Source: Lama guanicoe (taxonomy: Eukaryota). Taken from it: a stretch of DNA of 64,000 nucleotides. Of the stretch, positions 51,499 to 64,000 are shown piece by piece. A program made the position numbers and the translations under genes. The number at the start of each line of letters is the position of its first letter. Positions within the stretch are counted from its first letter, which is position 1. The DNA lies in the NCBI GenBank assembly GCA_013239625.1, contig MU054541.1:248001-312000 (forward strand), read 5' to 3'. A model generated the notes under the pieces. The model saw nothing but the letters and a program-made list of their open reading frames with translations, ran no database searches and was not told where the DNA came from.

Positions 51499-51842
51499 CT
51501 AAGAAGTAGTGCTTTACTAATTATGTTATAGAAGGAACTATAACTCAGTATCTTGGCTTCCACCCTTGCCTTCAATTTATTTCAGCATTTTCCCTGCTTC
51601 ATAGGGCCACGAGAACTGTCATAACTGGTGGCAACAATAGCACGGTCATCCTGGCAGCCAAGAAATCCGGTTTATTATGAGAGGACCTTAGTTAATGAAT
51701 GTAAATAGTTCCACTTTTATTTTCAGGAAATTATTTTGATTCCAGAAACTTTTTCTTTTTAAAGGCTCCATTTTATTTTATTTTCTTATTGTGAGACAAA
51801 CCTACAAAATTTTAACTACGTAAGTTAAGAAAACACCTGACT

Positions 51843-51914
51843 TAGCAGAGGATGGTTTCGATCCATCGACCTCTGGGTTATGGGCCCAGCACGCTTCCGC
51901 TGCGCCACTCTGCT
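51843..51914 (-). tRNA. initiator tRNA-Met(CAT)
   Basis: Exact reverse complement of the other two iMet copies. Confidence 0.98.
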
Positions 51915-52631
51915 CCCTGCTAGGCACCTTCTACTAGTAATACTCTTAACTTTGGTCGGATGCGATTTACTAAGCCTCAAGAGAAGTCTACGGGAGGTCG
52001 CCTATTTATTTCAATATTCTGGCTACAAGTTGCCAAATCTCTGGAATAATGTCCCTACTAGAACCAGAGAAAACAAAACGAAGAGTAGAAAAATAAACGT
52101 TAACATTGTTAAGTTACCAGGCGCAGGGGTGAGGGATGGATAGATAAATGAGAGTTATATGTTGTAATAAACATAAGGAAAGAAAACAAACGAGATGGGA
52201 AAGGAACTCGGGCTTCCGCGCAGCGAGCGAGAATTGTACCACGCAATCATTAACCAACCATGTACTCGCCTTCAGGAAGAAAACCCTTTTGGTCAGATTT
52301 TCCTTGGTTTGGTGATGGAAAGGGTGAAGTATTGTAGTTTCTGAGTTTCTTAGGATGGGGGTTTGGGTTGAAGGAACTTTACTGCAGGCAGCAAAAATGC
52401 TGGAGGCACTGTAAAGTTGAGAGCAAAGTTGGCTTCCGCATTTCAACGGAAGTTGCCGCAGTTCTGGTCGTGAGGGCCAAATCTCCTGTGCAATCATCAC
52501 AAAGCATCCCAAGGAGCAAAAGATAATAAATAAGAAATGTTAATTTTTGTAGTCTGATGTAGTTGTAAAAAAACAAAGGTCCGAAAATTTCCATTTAGGC
52601 TGGAGAGGCTTCTGCGGAAGGCACATTATGT

Positions 52632-52760
52632 GGGCGGGGACTACGTCGTCGTGACGTCACCTCTAACTAGGGTCGCAAGGGGGGGGGCTGGCGGGCTCAA
52701 TGAAAGTGCCCGAGAGCGCGCTTTCAGTTCTCAATTCGGTCCGAAATCCACGCATATAAG
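52632..52760 (+). promoter_or_regulatory. Histone H4 promoter
   Basis: GC box 52632-52639; CRE TGACGTCA 52652-52659; H4 site II/HiNF-P element CTTTCAGTTCTCAATTCGGTCCG 52721-52743; TATAA at 52755. Confidence 0.85.
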
Positions 52761-52765
52761 GGTAA

Positions 52766-53122
<357 letters not shown>

Positions 53123-53160
53123 GTCTCCTGTTTTCAGCAATCTTAACACTTTTTACCAAA

Positions 53161-53176
53161 GGCCCTTTTTAGGGCC
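53161..53176 (+). other. Histone 3' stem-loop (H4)
   Basis: GGCCCTTTTTAGGGCC followed by purine-rich HDE AAAGGAG. Confidence 0.92.
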
Positions 53177-55698
53177 GCCCACAACTTTCGGTAAAGGAGC
53201 CTAACACTTAATTCTACAGTGGTTATTCTCTAGGATCTAGCTTTTCTTTTTTTGTCGCCAAATAGTAACGTTAAATCGCAGTTTATGTTCTAGAAAGGTG
53301 AGTATCTCAGCTTGAAGTATCTTGCTGCAGTGTGGTTTTAGGTATAGTCTTGCGCACTATGATACTTCACGTGACAGTGAAAAGGCTTGTGTGTGCTATC
53401 TGCCCCAGAAAGATTTACTCTGGGTTAGGAATGTAGGCAGCGTTCTCGAGTACCAGAAAGACTGGCTTAAACTGCCGGCGATGTAGCGACTGGAGGCTGC
53501 CTTTACCCCGCCTTTCTTCTGTGCTCAAGATGGCGGCGAAGGCGGGGAACAAAGGGGGCCCGCAGCGGGAACCCGCGGCCGGAAGAGGCGAGCTCACGAG
53601 TGGGGCGGGTCGTTCCCCTGGGCAGGAGCGCGCTCCTGTGCTCATGTGGCGTGACGCTGCTGCTCGGCTCTGCCGACCAACACCCTTGTACCAACGGCAC
53701 TGGGGGAAAAATGAAAATTTACACGCGGGGAGACCCCTATATTCTGACTTCCTCTAATGAGCGTTTAAAAAAGTGGTTAGTGTATGTTACTTAACATTAA
53801 TGCCACCTGAATTTAACAGTTGAGTAAGCTGTACACTCAGAATATTTTACGTCACATTAAGTATGCACTATTAAAATAGTTCAATAGTTCCCATAGAATC
53901 ACTCAAACTAAAACCAAATTCCCTAACTTCTAATACTCAGTCCAAATGAACAGATGTTTGTTATGCTGCAAATGTCATCTTAGATACCTGGTTTGCTAAG
54001 TGGAGGGTCCAATCATGCCTTTGTTTCTGTCTCATGTCTCAATCTACAAGTTTTGTCTTCCTCGATTACACTTATTTTTCAGACATTGATTTGCTGTAGA
54101 CCTGGCCTGCAGACTATCTTCGTCTCATTTGTTTCCGAATGGATCATTATCCTTGACTCCTGTACCCTGTATGCCCTGCAAGGTAGAAGTGATTTTTTCA
54201 GACTTAAATGAAATGAAATCATGTTAATTTTCTTGTCGAGGAACGGTTTAAAGATTTTTATGTAAATACTACTGTACAACATCAAGAGCACCTGATGTCA
54301 GGCTTATCCAGATTCAAGATGATGGATCCAGCACTGGCCTAGAGTTACTTAACTGGTTTCCTGGTAAAATCAATTTTCCTCCTTGTGGCCTGCAACTAAT
54401 TTGTAGGGTGATACTTTGATAGCCAGAAAGCAGTGGAGTCATTTGGAATCTTGTCTGTTTTAAAGATACAGACTCCAGTGCTTAAATATGAAATGAATAA
54501 GATGTTACTGGAGCTAAGGTATCAGTTTGAGGAGATGAATTCATATGAGGGTATTAACAAACAAAACAAAGCACATAGCATGTGCCAGGCACTGCTTGAT
54601 GCTATAGAATTATAGCAGTGAACAATTGAATATTTCTGTATTCTTGGACTTTTATTTGTCAGGGTAGGGAAACAAACAAAACAGGTAAATAAAACATGGT
54701 GTTTCAGATGGTGCTATGAAATCCAATGAAGCTGGGGAAGACATTAGTGTGGGGAGGAAGGAGGTGATATTTTAAATGATATGGTAATAGCAAGCTTATA
54801 AGTGATGAGAGGAGAACAGATTGAGAAAGTGAAGTTCCTAATAGAAGACCAAGAAGGAAAGCCTAGAGGTAGCAAGTAATTATTGTGGTTGAGCAGATGG
54901 AGGGCAAGAGGGTGTGGAGGAAAAGGAAACGAGATCTGAGAGGCAAGTGGAGGTGAGTAGTTCCTGTATAACCTTCCTTATAACCCAACACATCTATTAA
55001 AGAGGTACCACTAGTCCTGGTGAGACATGAAAAGATCCCTGGAAAATAAGCCACACGTTGCTTGAATTGGCCAAAGCAGGGAAGTCTAATAGTCACAGGC
55101 ACTAGGTTGTCCTCACAACAGTTCAGGGGAAGATGATTTTAAAAGAGGGGCTTAGATTGTTAAAAGGGGTTTGGAATGTTGGTCACACTGCCAGACAAAG
55201 AAATCCTAATTGGTGTCAAATGCTACTGGCTTTGAGGCCTACTTTACTTCATTCAAGGCCTCAGGATTCTGAGATTCCAAAGTGGGCAGGACCAAGGGCA
55301 CCTTCCAAGCACTTCAACCAGAGGCTTTAGCAACAGCTACTATTTTGGAGGCACTTTCTTTGTGCAGACAACGTCCTAAGTGCTTTACCTGTGTTCTATT
55401 GATCACCCCAGCAATGCCATACAGTTGCTAATTATTATTCCCATTTCAGAGGTAAGGAAATGCTCACAAGAGTTTAAGCAATTTCCCCAAATTTAACATT
55501 CAGGACTGTATCATATCCTGGAGGGTTGCCCCTTAAAAAGTGCTTATAGATTTCATGAACACATGGTTTTAAAATGTATTTAAAATCAACTTTGAAGAGC
55601 AAGAAAGGAGTGTCTTAATTATACGTGGGGTTTAGGGAATTTTCTTCAAGCATCACCATAACATGTACTCGTTTGATGTTCACAAAAATCTGTGTAGG

Positions 55699-56099
55699 TG
55701 TAGGGAGGAAAACCTTCCTTTCGAGGTTCTTTGGCTGACCCATTTGATGATTAACAGGAGGAAAAACAAGGTAGCAACATCTATACCTCCTGTATACCCT
55801 GGAGATACCCAGCAAACTGAGTACATCTACGAAATAGCTGAAGCCACCGCCTTAAATACCATCTTCAACTAAAGACAAAAGATGCTGGGGGTGGGGAGTC
55901 AGTTGTGGAAGGTAACTATGAGAAGCACAGTTCATATGGGTAAGGTTATTATACAGATGTAAATTGTGACTTTTCCACAGATGAGACAACTTAGCCATCC
56001 TCCTCTTCCAGGTTCATCGAGACGCTGGAGGTTTCCCTAATGAATTTCTTACAAAGGTAACTTCCTATTGTTTTCAGAGCTTGTGTCATAAAAATAACC
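55699..56099. mobile_element. Truncated ERV LTR-like fragment abutting the H2B stub
   Basis: Begins TGTAGGGAGGAAAA, LTR-like content, ends abruptly at the H2B junction. Confidence 0.5.
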
Positions 56100-56144
56100 A
56101 GAGCCCTTTTTCGGGGCTGGAGCCGACTTAGCTGGTTCAGGCAT
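56100..56144 (-). pseudogene. Truncated histone H2B (first 15 codons only)
   Basis: Minus strand ATGCCTGAACCAGCTAAGTCGGCTCCAGCCCCGAAAAAGGGCTCT = MPEPAKSAPAPKKGS, then non-histone sequence; no remaining CDS or stem-loop found. Confidence 0.88.
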
Positions 56145-56204
56145 TATAAGACAGAACTACCACCACAAAAAGAACACTGGTAAAATACAACCACAAGCAC
56201 ATAG

Positions 56205-56475
56205 CCTTAGTATTTATTTGGCCTATATGCAAATTACGGATGGCAGAATTACATTCTCTGATTGGCCTTCTCAGCATCGTAACCTCTGATAGGCTGTTAT
56301 CTATTCCATACTCTCATTGGCTCTTTCCTTCGCTCACCCTTACGTAATTTGACCTTTCAACTACAGACTTCCTATGTAAATTAGAAGCGTTTAGATCTGG
56401 CTTTTGATTGGCTGAAATTTGGGTTCGGCCAATAGCACAGGCTGTTTTACCAAACCGCCGCAGTGTATAATAGTC
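56205..56475. promoter_or_regulatory. Bidirectional H2A/H2B promoter
   Basis: Oct-1 octamer ATGCAAAT 56227-56234 next to H2B-side ATAAATA; CCAAT boxes at 56261, 56316, 56407, 56429; H2A-side TATAAT at 56466. Confidence 0.85.
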
Positions 56476-56495
56476 TAGTTTCTTGCGTTTCATAA

Positions 56496-56927
<432 letters not shown>

Positions 56928-56971
56928 NNNNNNNNAAATATCGTGCGTGCAGCTACAACCTTATACCCAAA

Positions 56972-56987
56972 GGCTCTTTTCAGAGCC
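56972..56987 (+). other. Histone 3' stem-loop (H2A)
   Basis: GGCTCTTTTCAGAGCC; HDE-like GAGAGCTTG downstream. Confidence 0.93.
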
Positions 56988-57064
56988 ATCCATGTTTTCA
57001 CATTTGAGAGCTTGTAACTAATTCTAACACTGGTTTAGTCTGCCCACTAGGGAAAAAAAGACAC

Positions 57065-57692
57065 TGCCGGAAGCTGAGAATTCTGTTTTATTTCGTGAGA
57101 TTTCTGAGGACTTCAAGCTCGGGAGGCAGCGTCTCAGATCTGAGACTGCCCTGAAGAAAGGGAAGAGCCAGGATATAGGGGTTTTTGCAACCAAGACGAG
57201 GTAGTGGGAACACCAAAAGACTACCACTAATTAAAACGAGCTATGTCAGAGTAATGAACTTAGTATTTTCTATGTAAGGGAAGATGCAAGGGTCTGGGCT
57301 CTTAAAATTTCTTTTTTTATGCACCGTATCTATCTAGGGCCAGTATGCTGTTCTTAACCATCCTGAGTTTCCACAGGGTGCACCGTTGGAGGTGGCTGTG
57401 GTGGCTGAGGGCTTGGCATCATGGTTGTAGTGGCTTGATAGCTACGTTTTTGTTTTGAGTAAAAGATTTATTCGGAAAGATACATAACTCCATACTGCGG
57501 GCTAACTCATAAGGCCGAAGGGGCTAAGAGGCTTGGGGGTGTTAAAGCAAGTGCCATCTCTAAGGCAAGAGAGAATGACCCAGGCCTGGGAGACACACAT
57601 TCCATAGACAGAATGTGGGCCATTTTACTCAGAAGGGCGAGCGGCCTCCAAACATCCTTAACAGATATGACAGGCAACATTTTCCATTCACA
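57065..57692. mobile_element. ERV LTR-like element(s)
   Basis: TG...TTCACA termini and LTR-like content; possibly nested. Confidence 0.5.
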
Positions 57693-58404
57693 TCTATAAG
57701 CCTTCAACAGTTAAAGCCATTGGATATAAATATACCTTTTTCAACGTGTTATTATCTTGGCTATTTCACATGACTGCTTGGAATGTGGTTCAGGGATACG
57801 GGAGTTTTACGAGAAAATAGCATCGTAAACGGGTTTTAGTTGTGAGGAAGCAAGTTTTGGTACCGTTTACAAAACCTTGAGTAGTCTCCAGATCTTTAGA
57901 GAGGAGAATATTCTATACTGCGGAAAAGGCGGGTGGGGTTGGTAGCTTGGGATATCTTTAAGACATTGAAATAGCAAAATGAGAACCACTGGCAAATCAA
58001 AGATCAGCGCGGGCTCTTCAAATTCTGAACCGAACCATAATCTCATTTAGGCACTACAGCAAAGTCAATCGTTTGGCGCACTGTTTGCCTATCACCTCTA
58101 GCCCAATCGCTTTACCTGTGGCTTCCCAGAGTGGAGATAGGAAGTGGCAGTCCAGGGAACTCCAGGTTCCGTTCAGAAAAAGCAACCGCTGAGAAAAAAC
58201 AATAAAAGTAAATCTCTTCTCAAAAGCTTGGTCCTCGGAATTTTAGGCCACATTACATAGATCTACTGAGTCAGAACTGGCATATTCCACAATCACGAAG
58301 TGGCTCCTTATTTACAATTTGAGATGAGCTGAACTAGAACAGTAGAAAATTAGCTCCTATGGTTAGTAGACTATAACGAAGAGAGGGATTGGAATGTGGA
58401 GTAA

Positions 58405-58530
58405 TTCATCCAATCAGAACCTGTAGTAATTAACCAATCACATCGTTGATGCTTCAGCCAATGGTTTCATTTCGCGGGACTTTTGAAAAACCGCAAGGCC
58501 AATCAGAATGATTCTGAGTGTATATAAAGG
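58405..58530 (+). promoter_or_regulatory. Histone H3 promoter
   Basis: Four CCAAT boxes (~58410-58503) and TATATAAA at 58521. Confidence 0.85.
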
Positions 58531-58582
58531 CAACCTCTTCCTCAAGCCATCAAGTTGTGCGTTTTTCTCCGTACTTCTTGCA

Positions 58583-58993
<411 letters not shown>

Positions 58994-59027
58994 AGTTTTT
59001 CCATCTGTTTAAATCCAACTCAAAAAA

Positions 59028-59043
59028 GGCTCTTCTAAGAGCC
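59028..59043 (+). other. Histone 3' stem-loop (H3)
   Basis: GGCTCTTCTAAGAGCC followed by ACCCA; HDE-like AAATAGCTG. Confidence 0.92.
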
Positions 59044-61087
59044 ACCCACGTTTTCTTTAAAATAGCTGTTACTAAGTTTGTCTTACGTAGCAACTTAAGG
59101 ATTTAATGCTGAATGTTTGAAAGCAGCTTCGCCTGGGACATCGGTGTGGGGAGTTTTTCTTGGGTTATTGGCTACATTTGTTTTTCATGTGGGATTTGAT
59201 ACGAAGTGTCCTTCAGTCTCTCAGTTAAATACCCACCTGGGCATCGATGGGTAGGTTACATACTAAAGTTAAAAGATAACTTTGGCTGGTGGGAAATAGG
59301 ACTTGATACATTCTGTAGGCCGTTAGAAGGGGCAGAAATCAGTGTGATGTGATAATCAGGTTATCTGAGCATGTGGATTATGAAAGGTAAGTGTTATCCC
59401 CTGAATTTCGGTAAAGGTGAGTGTGGATTTGCTGTTTGCTCCTTCCAAACTGTGTTCCATGCAACTGGGAAATAGAGCTTTGGCTGTTGCTTTTTAGTGT
59501 CTGGAACTGTGCAAATTGTTTCAATCTCTGCAAAGTAAAAGTGAAACTTTTCCTGTGAAATGTTTGTCTTTTTACACAGAGAACAATGAGAGCACTGTTT
59601 TGTTTATAGTTAACTTGTCACATAAGAAGTTAGACTACTCAGGAAAGATTTTTAAATACACTTACGGGTGGCAGAACCCAACGTAGGGAGCCCAGCTGGC
59701 TTCTACAGTCTCACTACTCAAAAAATGTGGTCTACCACCAGCAGCATGGGCATCACTTGAAAATGTGCTGGAAATGTAGATTTTCACACCCTACCCAGGT
59801 CTACTGAGTCAATCTACACTGTAATAAGTTCACCTCAGTCGATCCTTAAGAATGCTAGTTTAAGAAGCCTATTTTTTTAAATGGTGCTTTTGGTCTCACC
59901 CAGAAAAACAGCCTGTCTGTTGGCTCATCAAAAATAAGCATTTCAAACTACACGTATTTATGTAATAGAATGAAATTGCTCTCAAGCAATTGCACATAAC
60001 AAGGTGCCCCTAGGATAGTTTCTTTTCATCATTGATCAGTGGCCTCAATGTTAATTGCACATTACAGTCAACTGGAGGTTTTACAAAAAATATTTTTGGT
60101 TGAGGTCCAATCAGTATAAGTATAAATATGGTATGGACCCAGGCAACAGTAATTATTAAAACTCAAGTGCTTTCAATAGGTAGTGAGGACCAAGACTAGA
60201 GGCTACATAAAATCCAGTCTTATGGTGATTAAGTCTTGTTTGACTCAGTTTACCTAAATGAATCATGCTTTCCTTGAAGTTTGCCTTCAGAAAGAATATA
60301 GTCTCAAAAGGGACTTTTTGGCTTGTTTATAATCACTTTATCTCACTGCAGTGAATCCAAATATTACGTGGCTTTTACAGCCAATTCTGAGGACAGGGCT
60401 AATGTGAATCTATACTGAGAAATGAAGCTGCTTTCAGTGGTTGACATTACCAGGTTTTCAGGGATGGAACAAGACTACCCTAGACTCTTCACAGGCAACC
60501 AGTGGATACCTCTCTGTTTTCACATTGGGCCTTTTCTGTACAGATTAGCACAAGGTCCTGTTTGGGCCTTCAGGTGGTCTTCCTCCATAGCCTTCGTTTT
60601 GTGATCTACCTTCATCTCCCTCCCTCCCCATATTGTTTTAAAAACCTGTTTTATTATGCAACTTTTCAGTATATATAATATTAGAGATAATAGATTGATA
60701 AACCCTACGTAGCCTCAACATTGTCAACACTGGCCAAATGTTTTTTTCTATACCTCTTCTGCCTTGATTATTGTCTTGATTATTATAAAGCTTTATTACA
60801 ATAAAGATTATTGTAATTTCCTCTCTCACTATTTTAATATACATCTACCATTTTAAAACCTATTTTGATGCCATGATTACTTCCCCCAACAAACATTTCT
60901 TAACGCTGAGGAATTTTAAAACATATTCACTCCACATATGTTTGTTGAGTTTACAATGTGCCGGAGGCTGTTCTAAGCACTGGGAATATACTCGGAGAGC
61001 AAAACAGACAAAATTCTCTGCTTTTGTGGAACTTGCATCGGATACATCAGACAATACATCAGATAAATATTCTGCATCAAATGTTAG

Positions 61088-61509
61088 TGTTACGGAAATG
61101 ACAGGCCAGCCAAGAAACAAGCACCACTCGGAGGGTTGGAGTACTCAGATTTATTACACCAGCGGGCTCAGAGGGGCTTCTGCTCCTAAGCCCTGAGCAC
61201 CTCCAAGACGTGTGCATGAGGTTTTGTAGGGTTAAGTACAAGCTTGGGGTATTCGGCCAATAGGCATGCAATAACTTTAGCAACATCATTATCACAAAAG
61301 TAGAGGCAGTGAGGCAGCAAACCAACATTTTAAGGCCAGATATGTTTCTTTGAAAATCCAGCTGGCTAGCAAAAACATGAACAGGGAATCAGCAAACCGA
61401 CAATTTAGATTTACGAGTTAGCCCAGCAGAACTCAGATCAGTAATCCAACACTTGTTACACTTAGATTTGTGACTTAGCTTGTTAGCCCAGCTGGGCTTT
61501 TCCTTCACA
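61088..61509. mobile_element. Solo ERV LTR with 4-bp TSD
   Basis: TGTTAC...TTCACA flanked by TTAG (61084-61087 and 61510-61513). Confidence 0.75.
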
Positions 61510-62197
61510 TTAGATGGTGAGAAGAACAATAATGCAAGAATATGGCGTGTCATGGGGAGTTGAAATTTTGAGGTGACCAGTGAAGACGGTGCTAAGATTG
61601 TTCATTCAGCAAAGAGCTGAAAGGTGAAGAAGCAGTCTGTGGAAAGAGGAGGAGGGGTGCTGAGATGCCAGGGTGGCTGTACCCGGTGGGTGGGGCACAT
61701 TAGGAGGAGATGGAGGTAGAGAGTTGGAAGCCAGATCATGTAGGGGCTTCTGGCCACTGAAAGGAATTTCGCTTTTGTTCTGAGAGGCAAGGCCTTGGGA
61801 GGAGCTGAACATAGGAGTTTTTGTATCCCTCTGTCTTGTCAGCAGCTTCTAGTTTATTTTTAGGCAGTCTCAATTGTGCTCCGCTGAAAAATTAGGGTCC
61901 CATTTCATTTCTGTTTTGTGCTGTTCAGACCTTGAAGATATTAGCTGACCTGGGGCACTTCATACTCAGGGTAGAAAGAGAAAATCTGTTAGTTTGAGGT
62001 TAAAGTTGGTTCATAGGGTTGGGTCTTCAATTGACTGGATTAATGGCCACAGGCAAACTGTTGATCCTCAGGTAACAAGCTTGATTTATTTGCATTGCAA
62101 ATTCAAATGTCTTCAGGGACCAGGCAAGGGATTTTTATAAACCAATATAAACAAATACAATGCTTTGGTAGGTAAAGAGGATTAAGGAAACAAAGTA

Positions 62198-62325
62198 GGG
62201 GGAGGGTGTAACTCAGTGGTAGAGTGCAAGTGCTTAGCATGAACGAGGTCCTGTGTTCAATCCCCAATATCTCCATTAAAATAAATAATAATAATAAAAA
62301 AAGCTAAATACCCGCCCCCCAAACT
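62198..62325 (+). mobile_element. tRNA-derived SINE (vic-1-like)
   Basis: GGGGGAGGGTGTAACTCAGTGGTAGAG...GTTCAATCCCCA with A-rich tail. Confidence 0.8.
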
Positions 62326-63497
62326 TAAAAATAGTCAGTAAAAAGGAAAACATAAAACAGGTCAAGGAGATTAAGGACAGCAATTGAGTAGGAAATGGCT
62401 GGGGGGTAGTTGTAATTTAAATATGGTGGGTGGGGTAGACATCCTAAGTGAGATGAGACATGAAGGCCAGAAGCATGAAGCCTAGGAGAGGTGTCTTCAA
62501 CCATCTGTAAGATTACGTCAAAGAGATGAGACACTGATTGCTCAGATCCTCTGTTGGGAGCATTACTTGCGGTGATGGCCACAGGTTTGTTAACCAACTA
62601 GACAAAACCAGATTCCTTTTCTGTTTCCTCAAGCTGGAGTTCCCAGCACTGATTTTATACATTTTTTCGTATCTTTCAAAAGTATTGATATAGTTTCCTG
62701 AGCACACCCAATTTAGATGGCAAACTGAAGCAGGGGCAGGAAGAGATGAGTACTAACCCCATGGAAGACAACCAGCCTGATTCAAAGATATCAGTCATTA
62801 AGGAAAAAAATACTAATTATGTGATAATTTATTTAAAATAAAAAGCAAGATATTTTGAGGTTCCAAATAATCACCATCATTATTTTGCTTTTCAGAAGAA
62901 ACAGAATCTAAATGTGATATTTCTAGAAAGGCTTTACACACTGTAACAAATAAGTTTTCTGAGATTACATTGCATTAATATTGATGAGCCCCCAAGTATA
63001 AATAAAACTGCTCATCTGTTGGCTCATTGCTGATAGAAGTCTATATTAAAACCTTCATGATGGTGATGATTTGATGACCAAACCCAGGATTTTTAAAATA
63101 AAACAAAATTAAAATAAAAAATTATTTCTGTATGATGGTGATACCTGTTCCCAACTCCTGATCTTGAGCTGAATTTTGGCATAGAACTGAGATATCACAT
63201 CTTTTTTGAATACTTCATATTGGGTGTTCAAGGATAGGACAGGAGGCTGATGTCCTTTAGGATTTGCCCAGATAACTATGAAACTGTTGGGGAGGAAGAT
63301 CTTTTTCCTCTAGCCTTTGCCAGCTAAACAGTGTCACTAGCCATCTGGTTCTACAGGTTTGAGTCATTTATTTAACCACTGCAGTCTGTGACCTTCAATA
63401 CACCCTGAAAGGAAGTCTGGGTTGAGATCAGGAATGAGGCACTCTGTGCTCTGGGAAAAATGGCACAACAGGCTGTCAGATTCATCAACAAGCAAGT

Positions 63498-63620
63498 GGA
63501 GAGGGAAGGTTATAACTCAGTGGTAGAGCGCATGCTTTCCATGCATGAAGTCCCCAGTACTGCCATTAAAAATATAAGTAAAAAAAAAAACCCGAATTCC
63601 CCACCCCACTGGCCCCCAAA
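63498..63620 (+). mobile_element. tRNA-derived SINE (vic-1-like, internally deleted)
   Basis: TATAACTCAGTGGTAGAGCGCATGCTT...CCCCAGTAC...ATTAAAA; flanking CAAGTG repeat. Confidence 0.7.
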
Positions 63621-64000
63621 TTAAAACAAGTGACTGAACTTCCTTTTAGAAAACAGAGATTAGGGACCCCACTGGAGAGATGCCGGGCAGAGTATACAGC
63701 CTTCAATATATGTCCCTAGTGACATCCAGACCAACGTGTCTTTTAAGTGCATTTTGTCTGGAGAGGGCAATTGTAGCCAAAATGGGAGTCATCAATGCAT
63801 AGTGAATTCAAGATCTCATAAATATTGAGTACCTCATGAATATTTGATATCTTACGAATATTTGGCACTTTTTGGCTCTTTCATCTCTTCCTACCTCCAT
63901 GTAGCACACACAAGCTCTACTTACTACCTCTGTGTCTTACATGTCTCATATGATACTAAACAATTTATAGTAAATACAGCTTTTGAATTTTGTCTGTATC

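Overview
Mammalian genomic DNA, most likely a camelid (tRNA-Ala-derived vic-1-type SINEs; BTN3 exons resemble alpaca BTN3 as I recall it). The window is the extended MHC class I region, running butyrophilin genes, then a tRNA cluster, then a replication-dependent histone cluster. Left: 5' exons of an intact BTN3 gene (leader, IgV, partial IgC; minus strand). At 12.0-20.6 kb (minus) I reconstructed by hand a second butyrophilin-family gene whose 7 GT-AG exons splice in frame to about 326 aa: split AT|G start, leader-like exon, a 186-bp collapsed IgV-like remnant, TM, heptad, 27-bp exon and an intact B30.2. It has no intact Ig domain and no BTN3 phosphoantigen pocket. 25.5-52 kb: 12 intact tRNA genes, several tRNA relics and an HPF1 processed pseudogene. 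52.8-59 kb: H4, H2A and H3.1 genes with 3' stem-loops (partly N-masked), plus an H2B stub of 15 codons fused to LTR-like sequence. L1, ERV LTR, MIR and SINE repeats fill the rest. No CRISPR arrays or prokaryotic elements. All family and orthology assignments are from memory, not from searches.
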